The position numbers were made by a program, and so were the translations under genes. A model generated the notes under the pieces. The model searched no databases. It was not told where the DNA came from and saw only the letters and a program-made list of their open reading frames with translations. Below are positions 14,916-23,850 of a stretch of 37,664 nt of DNA, in pieces. Each line of letters opens with the position of its first letter. Position 1 is the stretch's first letter. Source of the DNA: Thermoplasmatales archaeon SW_10_69_26 (GTDB taxonomy: Archaea; Thermoplasmatota; SW-10-69-26); assembly GCA_003009755.1 (NCBI GenBank), contig PXUB01000026.1, positions 1 to 37,664 on the forward strand, given 5' to 3'.

Positions 14916-15572
14916 GTGACGGACGGGTCGTTATGGGGATCCTGTCCCACGCCAGGCGTGGGTGTTGCCGTGTCCGAGACCAACGGTTGGACGCCGTACC
15001 CGCACGAGGAGGTGCGAGTCCACCGGCTCTGGCGCAAACGCATCCTGCTCGGGCTCGTGATCGCGGCCCTGTTCCTCGCCTGGGCGTTCTCTCTGGGCGT
15101 GACCACGGACACCGAGGAGCAGGTCGACGTCTACGGCGGCGACGACTCCGAGGTCTCCGTCGAGCGGCCCGAGGAGCAAGACCGCGGACCCGCGGCAACG
15201 GTGACCCTCCGACCGGGCGAGGTGGCCCGCGTCGACGAACCGTTGGACGTCGGCGAAGAACAGACCGACAGACAGGGAACCGGATCGTCGGTCCCCGAGC
15301 AACCCGATGGCATCCCGTTCCTCGGCATCCTGCTCCTGTTGGGACCGTTCATCGCGGCCGTGCTCGCCTACCGCAACCTGGCCAGCCAGGGCGACGTGGC
15401 TGAGGCCAACTACGGGATCTACACCGGCCCGATGCCCTACGAGATGATCACCGCCGGCCACGCCGAGCTCGTCCAGACCGGTGAGCACGTGGAGCAGAAC
15501 CCGTTCGGCAAGCGTCGGCGGGACTACCTGCGGGAGACGATCGAACCCCGTCGTCGGTTCCGCGAGCGGTGA
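14916..15572 (+). CDS. Hypothetical membrane protein with two TM helices
   Basis: TM1 ILLGLVIAALFLAWAFSLGV, an acidic extracellular loop, GIPFLG + TM2, and a cytoplasmic tail. The true start may be GTG 14958 or 14970. Confidence 0.72.
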   Translation: MTDGSLWGSCPTPGVGVAVSETNGWTPYPHEEVRVHRLWRKRILLGLVIAALFLAWAFSLGVTTDTEEQVDVYGGDDSEVSVERPEEQDRGPAATVTLRPGEVARVDEPLDVGEEQTDRQGTGSSVPEQPDGIPFLGILLLLGPFIAAVLAYRNLASQGDVAEANYGIYTGPMPYEMITAGHAELVQTGEHVEQNPFGKRRRDYLRETIEPRRRFRER

Positions 15573-15599
15573 CGGCTCCCGCCAACCGCGGCCCCTGGG

Positions 15600-15767
15600 C
15601 CGGCTGTCTGGTTAAGCAGGGGCCGCGAGGGACACGAAGGATCGCCAAGGCCACGACGGGCCTGTGACTCGCCGCCGGGCGGCCTTGTCACGGCAGCTGC
15701 TCCCCCTTGTGCCCTGGCATCCCTTCGCGTACTTGGTGGTCCCCCCGTTTCTTATCCTTACAGCGCG
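15600..15767. mobile_element. MITE-like non-autonomous element, copy 2 (168 bp)
   Basis: About 94% identical to 1329-1496 in the same orientation. Flanked by the direct repeat GCCCCTGGG at 15591-15599 and 15768-15776, which differs from the copy-1 flank. Confidence 0.8.
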
Positions 15768-15814
15768 GCCCCTGGGACCCAACAGTTTAACCTTCACGTT
15801 GGAATCCACCATCC

Positions 15815-16564
15815 ATGGGGCTGCGGGACGTGCTGGGGGGCCCCGGCGACCGTACCGCCGGCCGAATCCTCGCGATCTCCCTCGTGGCTAGCTTGCTCGC
15901 CGTCCCGTTGACACCGTCCGCCGGCGCCGAACACGGCGACGTCGGCGTGAGCCTGGAACCCTGGATCGTCTCCTGCGGGAACGAGGACTGGATCGGCTTC
16001 CAGGGTCGATACAGCCTCCTGTTCTACCGCTTTTGCTTCTTCGTCGACGCAGAAAGCCCCGACTACCCGTTCCGGGTGCTCGACGAGTTGCTCTTCCCGC
16101 CGGACCTCCAACGGGATCGCTGTCCCGGGGACTTCTCGGGCCAGATCGTCACCGTCGGCGACACCCGAGCCGGGCTGTGCACCAAGGTCGAACACACGAT
16201 CCCTCGCAACCCCTTCTTCATCCACGTCGGGGTCGACACCTCCAGCTGCGAGGTGCCTGGCCCCCAGGAAGGCGAGGACCCCGCCGTGTACGTCGCCGAC
16301 GGCGGCGTGGGGGTCTGCGTGGTCCCCGTCGTCGATCCAGGCCCCGACACCCCGAGCAGGTTCGTCTCCCTCGAGCCCTGCGAGCCCGAGACCGTCGACC
16401 CCGAGGCCCGCGTCGGCGGAGGCGGCGCACGCGTCTGCGCGGATTTCCACGTGCTCGGCTTCGGCTCCGACGAGGTGAACGATCTCGTGGAGCAGGGCAA
16501 CGAGACCGCCAACGAGACGCTGGACGCCGTCCGCGGCTTCGCCGGGCTGGACGAGGAACCGTAA
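15815..16564 (+). CDS. Secreted Cys-rich hypothetical protein (249 aa)
   Basis: TTTAAC at 15786-15791; signal-like RILAISLVASLLAVPLTPSAGA; 8 Cys; acidic. Confidence 0.72.
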   Translation: MGLRDVLGGPGDRTAGRILAISLVASLLAVPLTPSAGAEHGDVGVSLEPWIVSCGNEDWIGFQGRYSLLFYRFCFFVDAESPDYPFRVLDELLFPPDLQRDRCPGDFSGQIVTVGDTRAGLCTKVEHTIPRNPFFIHVGVDTSSCEVPGPQEGEDPAVYVADGGVGVCVVPVVDPGPDTPSRFVSLEPCEPETVDPEARVGGGGARVCADFHVLGFGSDEVNDLVEQGNETANETLDAVRGFAGLDEEP

Positions 16565-16610
16565 CCTCGGGCTCCGACCCTTCATGTGAGGTGCCCAGGT
16601 TCGAGACCTC

Positions 16611-18374
16611 GTGGCCGAGGACGCCAACCCCCTCCAGGAGAGCATGGAGCGGACAGCTCGCATCGGCGAGCTGTTCCTGCCAGCGCCTCCTCTGTTCCTC
16701 AGCTACCTGTTGATCGTGCTCGCGACGGTGGCCAGCGCCGCGCTCCTCGGCGCGGACCTGTCGGCCGCCGTCGACGCCGGGCTGCTCGTCGCGCTGCCGG
16801 CCGTGTTCGCCTCGCTGGTGTCCCCGATCGTGGCCCGGTTGCTCGGCACGCGGTACTACCTCGACCGGGCGGCCACCGTCGCCGCGATCGGGGCCGTCGT
16901 CGTCAGCCTGGGGGTCCTCGCCACCGTCCTGCTGGGCCTGGTCGGGCTGACGCCGGCCAAGGTCCTGTTCACCGCCGTGGGGCTCGCGTGGGTGGCCGGG
17001 TTCGCGGCCGCCGTCGTGCTCGTCGACAACCGCCACCCGGTCGCGCTGGGCTTGTCGGCGCTGCAGCCGCTGTCGACCCTGCCGGGCCTCGTCCGCATCG
17101 TCGGCACGGACGGGCTGCTCGTCGGGTTGGTCGTCTGGGTGGCGATCGTGGCCCCGTTCGTCGTCGTTTTGCGGCTCTTCGATGCACCGCTGACGCGGAA
17201 CTTCGGGATCTCGGGCGCCGATCTGTTCCGCGGCTACCTCGACCACGTCACGACCGACAGCTGGGAGGCCGAGGACCTGCTCGAGAAGGTCGGGCAACCC
17301 GTCCAGGCGCCGGTCGCCGTGCTGGCCTTCCACCGCGAGGACGGCTCGAAGAAGGCCTGCGTCGTCGTCCCCACCGTGCACCCGGGGCCCTTCGGCGCGC
17401 TCGGCGGCGGGGATCTGCCGGCCAAGATGCGGGACGCGCTGCTGGACTGGGAGCACGTGCTCGTCCCGCACGGCGCCGCCGACCACGACCTCAACCCGGT
17501 GACGAGCGAGGAGGTCGAACGCCTGGGCGCCTACGTCAGCGAGCTCGCCGACCGCGTCGACACCGAACCCGGCGGCTCCCGCTTCGTCGAACGCGGGGAG
17601 ACGGTGCGCGTGGCGGGCCAGCTGTTCGGCTCGGATGCCCTGTTGACCTACACCTCGTGGCCGGAGGCGATCGACGACGTCGACCCGGGCGTGGGCCACC
17701 ACGCCGAGCTCGCCGCCCAGGGGAGCGGGGCCCGCGAGGCTGCCTTCGTCGACTGCCACAACTCGATCCGTCCCGGCGCCGGCGCCGTGTTCCCGCTCAC
17801 GCCGCGCGCCCTCGACATCGAGGATCGGGCCGGAGAGGTGACCCAGGCGGCGCTGGACGAGCGGGTCAACCAGCTGCGCGTCGGGGTGGCCCAGGACCGG
17901 ACGCTGGGCATGCGGCACCTGATCGGGCGCGCCGGCTGCCAGGTCCTCGTCGTCGAGGCCGACGACCAGCGGGTCGCCTACATCCTGTGGGATGGCAACA
18001 ACATGGAGCCGGAGGCCACGGAGGCGATCCAGGAGGCCGCGGGGACCGTCGTGGACGAGGTGCGCGTGATGACGACCGACAACCACGCCGTCAACGTCGA
18101 AGGCGGTCCCCACAGCCCGGTCGGGATCGCCGTCCGCCACGAGGCGCTGGCCCGCATCTCGCGCGAGACCGCCGAGCGCGCGATCGAGGACCTCGAGCCC
18201 GTCGAGGCCGGGATCGCCAGCGGGCACGCGTGCGGGATCAACGTCGTCGGCCACCAGCGCACCGCTCAGCTGTCGGCCAGCATCAACGTCATGGTGAGCG
18301 TGTGGCCCGAGCTGGCCCTCGCCCTGCTGGGGCTGTGGACGTTGGGGCTGGCCACCGTGTTCCTGGCGTTGTGA
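16611..18374 (+). CDS. DUF2070 family archaeal membrane protein
   Basis: N-terminal multi-TM region, then the motifs HPGPFG, VPHG..DHDLNP, DCHNS, DGNNM, TTDNH, and a C-terminal TM. Confidence 0.88.
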   Translation: MAEDANPLQESMERTARIGELFLPAPPLFLSYLLIVLATVASAALLGADLSAAVDAGLLVALPAVFASLVSPIVARLLGTRYYLDRAATVAAIGAVVVSLGVLATVLLGLVGLTPAKVLFTAVGLAWVAGFAAAVVLVDNRHPVALGLSALQPLSTLPGLVRIVGTDGLLVGLVVWVAIVAPFVVVLRLFDAPLTRNFGISGADLFRGYLDHVTTDSWEAEDLLEKVGQPVQAPVAVLAFHREDGSKKACVVVPTVHPGPFGALGGGDLPAKMRDALLDWEHVLVPHGAADHDLNPVTSEEVERLGAYVSELADRVDTEPGGSRFVERGETVRVAGQLFGSDALLTYTSWPEAIDDVDPGVGHHAELAAQGSGAREAAFVDCHNSIRPGAGAVFPLTPRALDIEDRAGEVTQAALDERVNQLRVGVAQDRTLGMRHLIGRAGCQVLVVEADDQRVAYILWDGNNMEPEATEAIQEAAGTVVDEVRVMTTDNHAVNVEGGPHSPVGIAVRHEALARISRETAERAIEDLEPVEAGIASGHACGINVVGHQRTAQLSASINVMVSVWPELALALLGLWTLGLATVFLAL

Positions 18375-18510
18375 GGGGTGCCCCTCGGCCGATGCCCTGA
18401 CTGAGTGAAGGAAAAGCGAGGAGGGAGCCAAGCGGCGACGGCGGGCGAACGCGGAGCGCTCGTCCGCACGGGAAAAGCGCAGACGCTTATATGGGAGGCG
18501 TCGGCGAGAG

Positions 18511-19626
18511 GTGGGAGCGAGGACCCACGTGGGCTGCAGAACGACAGTTGGTGGTCACGATCGCGGCGCCGACACGGTCGTCGGCTTCGTCCTCGTGACC
18601 GGCATCTCGTTGTTGATGATCTCCGTCGTCATGCTGATGGGCGCGCCGGCCCTCGAGCAGGTGCAGTCCCGCCAGCAGACGGACTCGATGATCGGGGCCT
18701 TCCAGCGCCTCGACCGCGGCGTCAGCACGCTGTTGTCGGGCGCCCCCGCCGGCACCACGCCCGCCTGGCAGGTCTCGATGGCCGACGGTTCGATGAGCCT
18801 GGACGAGGGCGGCAAGCACCTGTGGGGGTACAACGCGAACATCGACCGGAACGGGACCACCTACGAGGTGTGGTTCGGCGAGTACGCCGACGGCGACGAC
18901 CAGCTCAAGATCCACAACAACGGGACGGCGTTCGGCTCCGACGAGTTCCAGCTGGAGGCCTACCGTTACGAAGCCGGCGAAGAGGTCGCCCAGCACGTCT
19001 TCGACCGGAGGTCGCTGAACTCCAGTGAAACCTTAAACATCAGCGACCCCGCCTTCTGGGATCTCGAGGGCCACTCTACACAGTTCAAGGTCTTCAACCG
19101 CAGCTCCAACCCCGACCGGCCCGTGGCCCACGCGTGGTTCATCGACGGCGGCGCCGTCGAGTGGGAGCTGTCCCGCGGGGGATCGATGACCCAGATCCTG
19201 TACCAGAACACCGCCATCGTGGCCGCCATCGACGGCGGCCAGGTCATGCACAACACCCCGCGGCTGCGCGCCCCCGACGATTCGGGCGAGGGAACCGAGG
19301 ACGTGTTCGTCCGCGTCGTGAAGCTCGAGGGCGCCCTCGCCACCGGCGGCCGTTCCTCCACCGAGGTGCTGGTGTCCAGCCAGGGCAACCACGAGCGCGT
19401 GGCCTCCGGCAACGCGACGAAGGTCCAGATCTACCCGCCGACGTCGATGAGCGAAGCCTGGGAGCGCTACCTCACGAACGAGAAGGCCGGGTTCACGTAC
19501 ACCTGGGAGGACGGCTTCTCGGTCTTCGACGGCAAGGAAGCGGCGGTGTGGTACACCTCCAACGATCGGCTGTCCACCTCGCTCGTCGAGACGACCGTCA
19601 CGTTGTCGCGGTCGGGAGGGACCTAG
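18511..19626 (+). CDS. Archaeal type IV minor pilin-like protein (class III signal peptide)
   Basis: DRG|ADTVVGFVLVTGISLLMISVVMLMGAPALEQ; first gene of the pilus operon; TTATAT at 18487-18492. Exact start uncertain. Confidence 0.78.
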   Translation: MGARTHVGCRTTVGGHDRGADTVVGFVLVTGISLLMISVVMLMGAPALEQVQSRQQTDSMIGAFQRLDRGVSTLLSGAPAGTTPAWQVSMADGSMSLDEGGKHLWGYNANIDRNGTTYEVWFGEYADGDDQLKIHNNGTAFGSDEFQLEAYRYEAGEEVAQHVFDRRSLNSSETLNISDPAFWDLEGHSTQFKVFNRSSNPDRPVAHAWFIDGGAVEWELSRGGSMTQILYQNTAIVAAIDGGQVMHNTPRLRAPDDSGEGTEDVFVRVVKLEGALATGGRSSTEVLVSSQGNHERVASGNATKVQIYPPTSMSEAWERYLTNEKAGFTYTWEDGFSVFDGKEAAVWYTSNDRLSTSLVETTVTLSRSGGT

Positions 19627-19628
19627 CC

Positions 19629-20189
19629 GTGGACCTGCTCGAACGCTGGCAGCGCCGGCTCCGCAACGACGAGGGCGCGACCGAGGTCATCGGCTACGTG
19701 TTCATGTTCGCCGTGGGCTCGATGGCGCTCGTCTTCGCGATGGACGTCCTCGTCGACGCCCAGCAGCGAGGCAACGAGGTGGCGGCGGCCAAACAGGCCG
19801 AGCAGTTCGGCCAGCTGACGGGCAGCCTGGCCGAGCAGGCCTCCCGGGTCGCCCAGGCCGCCCCCAACGCCACGTACAACACGACGTTCGACCTGCCGAA
19901 CCCGGTCGGCACCAACATGACCGTCACGATCAACCGCGAGCTGTTACCCAACGGGACGGCCGCCGACTGCGGCTTCGAGGCGACCGTCCACGTCCGCTCC
20001 GGTGACCAGCGGGTCAGTACGAGCTTCCCCCTCGGCAACGTGTCCACGGTCGAGATCGATGGGGACTGTCTCGAGTTCAAGGGTGAACTCGACACGTCCG
20101 CCCAAGCCGCAAGCGTTAGGTACGACCCTCCAGGGAAGACCCACGCGGCCCCGACGATCGTCCTCGAACCAACCAGCAAGGTGAGATGA
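19629..20189 (+). CDS. Archaeal type IV pilin-like protein (186 aa)
   Basis: GTG 2 nt after the upstream stop; RRLRNDEG|ATEVIGYVFMFAVGSMALVF class III signal; one Cys pair. Confidence 0.8.
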   Translation: MDLLERWQRRLRNDEGATEVIGYVFMFAVGSMALVFAMDVLVDAQQRGNEVAAAKQAEQFGQLTGSLAEQASRVAQAAPNATYNTTFDLPNPVGTNMTVTINRELLPNGTAADCGFEATVHVRSGDQRVSTSFPLGNVSTVEIDGDCLEFKGELDTSAQAASVRYDPPGKTHAAPTIVLEPTSKVR

Positions 20190-22969
20190 TGGAGAGCCTA
20201 CCCTTCGACGAGTTCCTGCAGACGCTCGCCGCCCACGATGTCTACCCCGACCCCAGCCACATCCAGGAGACGGACGTGGAAGCCATCTGGGCCAACCTCG
20301 ACCCCTCCGACCGGGAGGCTCTCATGCGAGAGATCGGGCTCCCCGTCGGGGAGATGACAGGGCTCGAGCCCCGGATGGAGGACGCCGAGGTCGTCTTCGA
20401 CGTCCCCGGTTCCCCCGCCTCGGGGCCCGACCCCGAGGACGTGACCGCACGGGACACCGACGAGCCCGTGGGACCCCAAGCGGGCCCGGGGAACCAGCCG
20501 CAGGCCTCGCCCTTCGAGGACCCGGACGCCGGCGAGGCCGGGGAGGCCGACCCGGCCATCGAGGCCGCCGACGCGTTCAGCGAGATCGATCCCGACCAGA
20601 TGGGATGGCTCGGCGAGGGCACCCCGCTCACCGACGATCCCGAGGCGGGCGAAGGGCTCGAGGATATGGACGAGCCCGTCGAGGACGCGGCCGCGGTCGA
20701 GCCCGTCGTGGAGGAACCTGGCCCCGAGGAGCCGGACGCCGAGCCGGCCGACGCCGACGCGATCGGCTCCGACGATGGCGGTCTCCCCGACGAGCGTGGG
20801 CTCCCGGACGCCGACACCGTGCCCGCGCCCGACGACGCCGACGTCGACGGCGGGGTCGGGGCCGCGGACGTGGAGCAGCTGGAGGGCGGCGAAGCGCTCG
20901 AGACCGTCGACGCGGCCGAGATGGCCGAGATCGAGGTGGACGAGCTCGACGACGGCGCCGTCGAGGAGATCGTCGAGGACGAAAGCCGGAAGGACAGCCG
21001 CCGCGAGGTCGAGATCTACCCGGTGTACGAGCCCTACGGGTACGTCCGCATCCTCTACGACGAGGAGGACCACCAGTACCTGTACGAGGTGATCGAGCCC
21101 GAGCTCACCGAGCGCGAGGAGAAGGTGCTCGACTTCATCCAGGAGACGATCGTCGACGTGATCGAGGTCGGTCTCTCCCGGTTGACCGAGGAGGAGGCCG
21201 AGGAGATGCTCGTCGACCTGACGAGCGAGATCATCGAGGACTACTCGATCGAGGTCGACGAGAAGATGCGGATGCGGCTGACGTACTACATCGTCCGCGA
21301 CTTCCTCGGCTACGGCAAGCTCGACGTCATCATGCGGGACCCGATGATCGAGGACATCAGCTGCGACGGTGTCGGGATCCCGATCTTCCTCTACCACCGC
21401 AAGTACGAGTCCATGGCCTCCACCGTGTCGTTCGAGGAGGAGAACCTGGACAGCTTCGTGATCAAGCTCGCCCAGCGCTCGGGCAAGCACATCAGCGTGG
21501 CCGACCCACTGCTCGACGCGCGCCTGCCGGACGGGTCCCGCCTGAACGCGACCCTGTCCGACGAGGTCACCACGAGCGGGTCCACGTTCACGATCCGCAA
21601 GTTCCGCGACGAGCCGTTCACGCCGACGGACCTGCTCCGCTTCGGCACGCTGAACCCGAAGATGCTGGCCTACTACTGGCTGGCGATCCAGCACGGCGCG
21701 TCGATGATCGTCGCCGGCGGGACCGCGTCCGGGAAGACGACGATGTTGAACGCGGTGATGCTGTTCATCCCGCCGCAGATGAAGATCGTGTCCATCGAGG
21801 ACACGCGCGAGCTGAACCTGCCCCACCCGAACTGGATCCCGGGCACGACCCGCAGCGGGTTCGGTCCCCGCGACGACAGCGGGCGTCAGGCCGGCGAGAT
21901 CAACATGTTCGAGCTGCTGAAGGCTGCGCTGCGGCAGCGGCCCGAGTACATCACCGTCGGTGAGGTGCGCGGCGAGGAGGCCACCGTCCTCTTCCAGGCG
22001 ATGGCGACCGGTCACGCCGCGTACGGCACGATGCACGCGGACTCGGTGACCAGCGTCATCCACCGCCTCGAGGGCGAGCCGATCAACATCCCGCGCCCGC
22101 TGCTCGAGGCCCTGGACATCGTCAGCATCCAGATCCAGACCCGCATCGGCGGTCAGCGCGTCCGCCGCACGCAGAACATCACCGAGATCGTCGGGATGGA
22201 CCCGAACACCAAGGAGCTGTTGACGAACGAGGTGTTCGAGTGGGACCCGGCCGACGACACGTTCGATCACAGCGGCATCTCGTACGTGCTCGAGCGGATC
22301 CAGAAAGAGAACAACATGACGGACGCCGAGCTCGAGACGGAGGTCGAGAACCGGACCCTCCTGATCGAGTGGATGAAGGAGCACGGCGTCCGCGACTACG
22401 TCGACGTGGGGACCGTCGTCCAGTCCTACTACAACGAGCCCGAGGAGACCGTTCACAAGATCAAGGTCGACATGGGGCTCGAGGAGCCCGAGGAGGGTGA
22501 GGAGGACATCGAGCTGGAGGACGAGCTGCTCGAGGACCGCGAGATCAAGGGCGCCGGCGAGAAGGGCGACGAGTTCGACCCCACCGCCGACATCCCCGCG
22601 CCCGAGGACGCCAGCCTCGTGGCCCCGCTCGAGGACGAGACCCTCGACTCGATGCAGGACATGGGCGGCGAGTTCGACCCCGTCGAGGCCACCCAAGAGG
22701 GCAGCGAGGAAGGGGCCGAGGACGACCTCGAGGAGATCGACGCCGTCGACGACCTGGAGGAGGTCGACCCGGTCGAGGGCGACCTCGACGACCTGGACCC
22801 GGGCCAGGCCCGGACCCTCGAGGACGGCGACGAGTTGGACCCCGTCGACGCCGACCCCCCGCCCAACGACCCCGACGAGGACGCCGACGACCCCGAGCCC
22901 ACCGAGGAGGACGAGCTCGAGGACATCGACAAGATCGAGGACATCATCGACGAGGACGAGGAGGGCTAA
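20186..22969 (+). CDS. Type II/IV secretion (PilB/FlaI/VirB11-like) assembly ATPase with long acidic N- and C-terminal extensions
   Basis: IEDISCDG, LPDGSRL, FTIRKF, Walker A GGTASGKTT, SIEDTREL, LRQRPEYITVGEVRG, TGH...TMHA. Confidence 0.95.
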   Translation: MMESLPFDEFLQTLAAHDVYPDPSHIQETDVEAIWANLDPSDREALMREIGLPVGEMTGLEPRMEDAEVVFDVPGSPASGPDPEDVTARDTDEPVGPQAGPGNQPQASPFEDPDAGEAGEADPAIEAADAFSEIDPDQMGWLGEGTPLTDDPEAGEGLEDMDEPVEDAAAVEPVVEEPGPEEPDAEPADADAIGSDDGGLPDERGLPDADTVPAPDDADVDGGVGAADVEQLEGGEALETVDAAEMAEIEVDELDDGAVEEIVEDESRKDSRREVEIYPVYEPYGYVRILYDEEDHQYLYEVIEPELTEREEKVLDFIQETIVDVIEVGLSRLTEEEAEEMLVDLTSEIIEDYSIEVDEKMRMRLTYYIVRDFLGYGKLDVIMRDPMIEDISCDGVGIPIFLYHRKYESMASTVSFEEENLDSFVIKLAQRSGKHISVADPLLDARLPDGSRLNATLSDEVTTSGSTFTIRKFRDEPFTPTDLLRFGTLNPKMLAYYWLAIQHGASMIVAGGTASGKTTMLNAVMLFIPPQMKIVSIEDTRELNLPHPNWIPGTTRSGFGPRDDSGRQAGEINMFELLKAALRQRPEYITVGEVRGEEATVLFQAMATGHAAYGTMHADSVTSVIHRLEGEPINIPRPLLEALDIVSIQIQTRIGGQRVRRTQNITEIVGMDPNTKELLTNEVFEWDPADDTFDHSGISYVLERIQKENNMTDAELETEVENRTLLIEWMKEHGVRDYVDVGTVVQSYYNEPEETVHKIKVDMGLEEPEEGEEDIELEDELLEDREIKGAGEKGDEFDPTADIPAPEDASLVAPLEDETLDSMQDMGGEFDPVEATQEGSEEGAEDDLEEIDAVDDLEEVDPVEGDLDDLDPGQARTLEDGDELDPVDADPPPNDPDEDADDPEPTEEDELEDIDKIEDIIDEDEEG

Positions 22970-22970
22970 G

Positions 22971-23846
22971 GTGGGCCTGTCCAACTTCCAGCGAACCTCG
23001 TACCGGCTGCTCGGCGGCTTCGCCGCCAAGCACCTCGACAACACGGATCTCGAGGAGGCGCTGCGCGAGGCCCGGATCCCCGTCCGCTCGGAGGCCTACC
23101 AAGCCACCGCCCTCGCCAGCGCCATCGTCACGTTCCTGGCCACGCTGCTCTTGTCCGCGTTCGTGGGCCTGGTCCTGTTGCCCGCGGCCGGCATCCCCGC
23201 CACGCAACCGATCGCGCTCGTGGCGCTCGTCTTCACCCCCGTCCTGCTCAGCGGGGCGGTCTACGGCATCCTGCTCACCAGCCCGAAGAGCAAGGCCAAC
23301 AAGCGCGAGAGCGACATCGACGAGCACCTGCCCTACGGGCTGAACTACATCGCCGCGATGGCTTCGGCCGGCGTCCCGATCCACACGATCTTCCAGTCGC
23401 TGGCCGCCCAGCCGATCTACGGCGAGCTGGCCAACGAGGCTCAGGCGATCGCCAAGGACATGCACCTGGGCATCGACAGCGTGCGCGCGCTGGAGCGCGC
23501 CAGCCGACGCACCCCCTCGGATCGGTTCGCCGAGGTCATGCAGGGCGCCATCACGACGGTCACCAGCGGCGGCGACATGCAGAGCTACTTCTCCAGCAAG
23601 GCCGAACGCTACGCGTTCGAGAACCGGCAGGAGCAAAAGCAGTTCGTCGAGGTCATGGGCCTGATGTCCGAGACCTACGTGACCGCCGTCGTCGCCGGGC
23701 CGCTGTTCCTGATCGTGATGATGGCGATCATGTCGATGCTCGGCGGCGGCGAGCCGACGACCCTGCGCCTGATCGTGTACCTGGTGCTGCCCGTGGCCAA
23801 CGCCGCGTTCGCCTACGGGCTCGCCGAGATGACGCCGGAGGTGTGA
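22971..23846 (+). CDS. Type II secretion system F (PilC/TadC/FlaJ-like) membrane platform protein (291 aa)
   Basis: IDEHLPYGLNYIAAMASAG...YGELANE...ALERASRRTPSDRF...SGGD; GTG directly after the ATPase stop. Confidence 0.9.
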   Translation: MGLSNFQRTSYRLLGGFAAKHLDNTDLEEALREARIPVRSEAYQATALASAIVTFLATLLLSAFVGLVLLPAAGIPATQPIALVALVFTPVLLSGAVYGILLTSPKSKANKRESDIDEHLPYGLNYIAAMASAGVPIHTIFQSLAAQPIYGELANEAQAIAKDMHLGIDSVRALERASRRTPSDRFAEVMQGAITTVTSGGDMQSYFSSKAERYAFENRQEQKQFVEVMGLMSETYVTAVVAGPLFLIVMMAIMSMLGGGEPTTLRLIVYLVLPVANAAFAYGLAEMTPEV

Positions 23847-23850
23847 TCGC

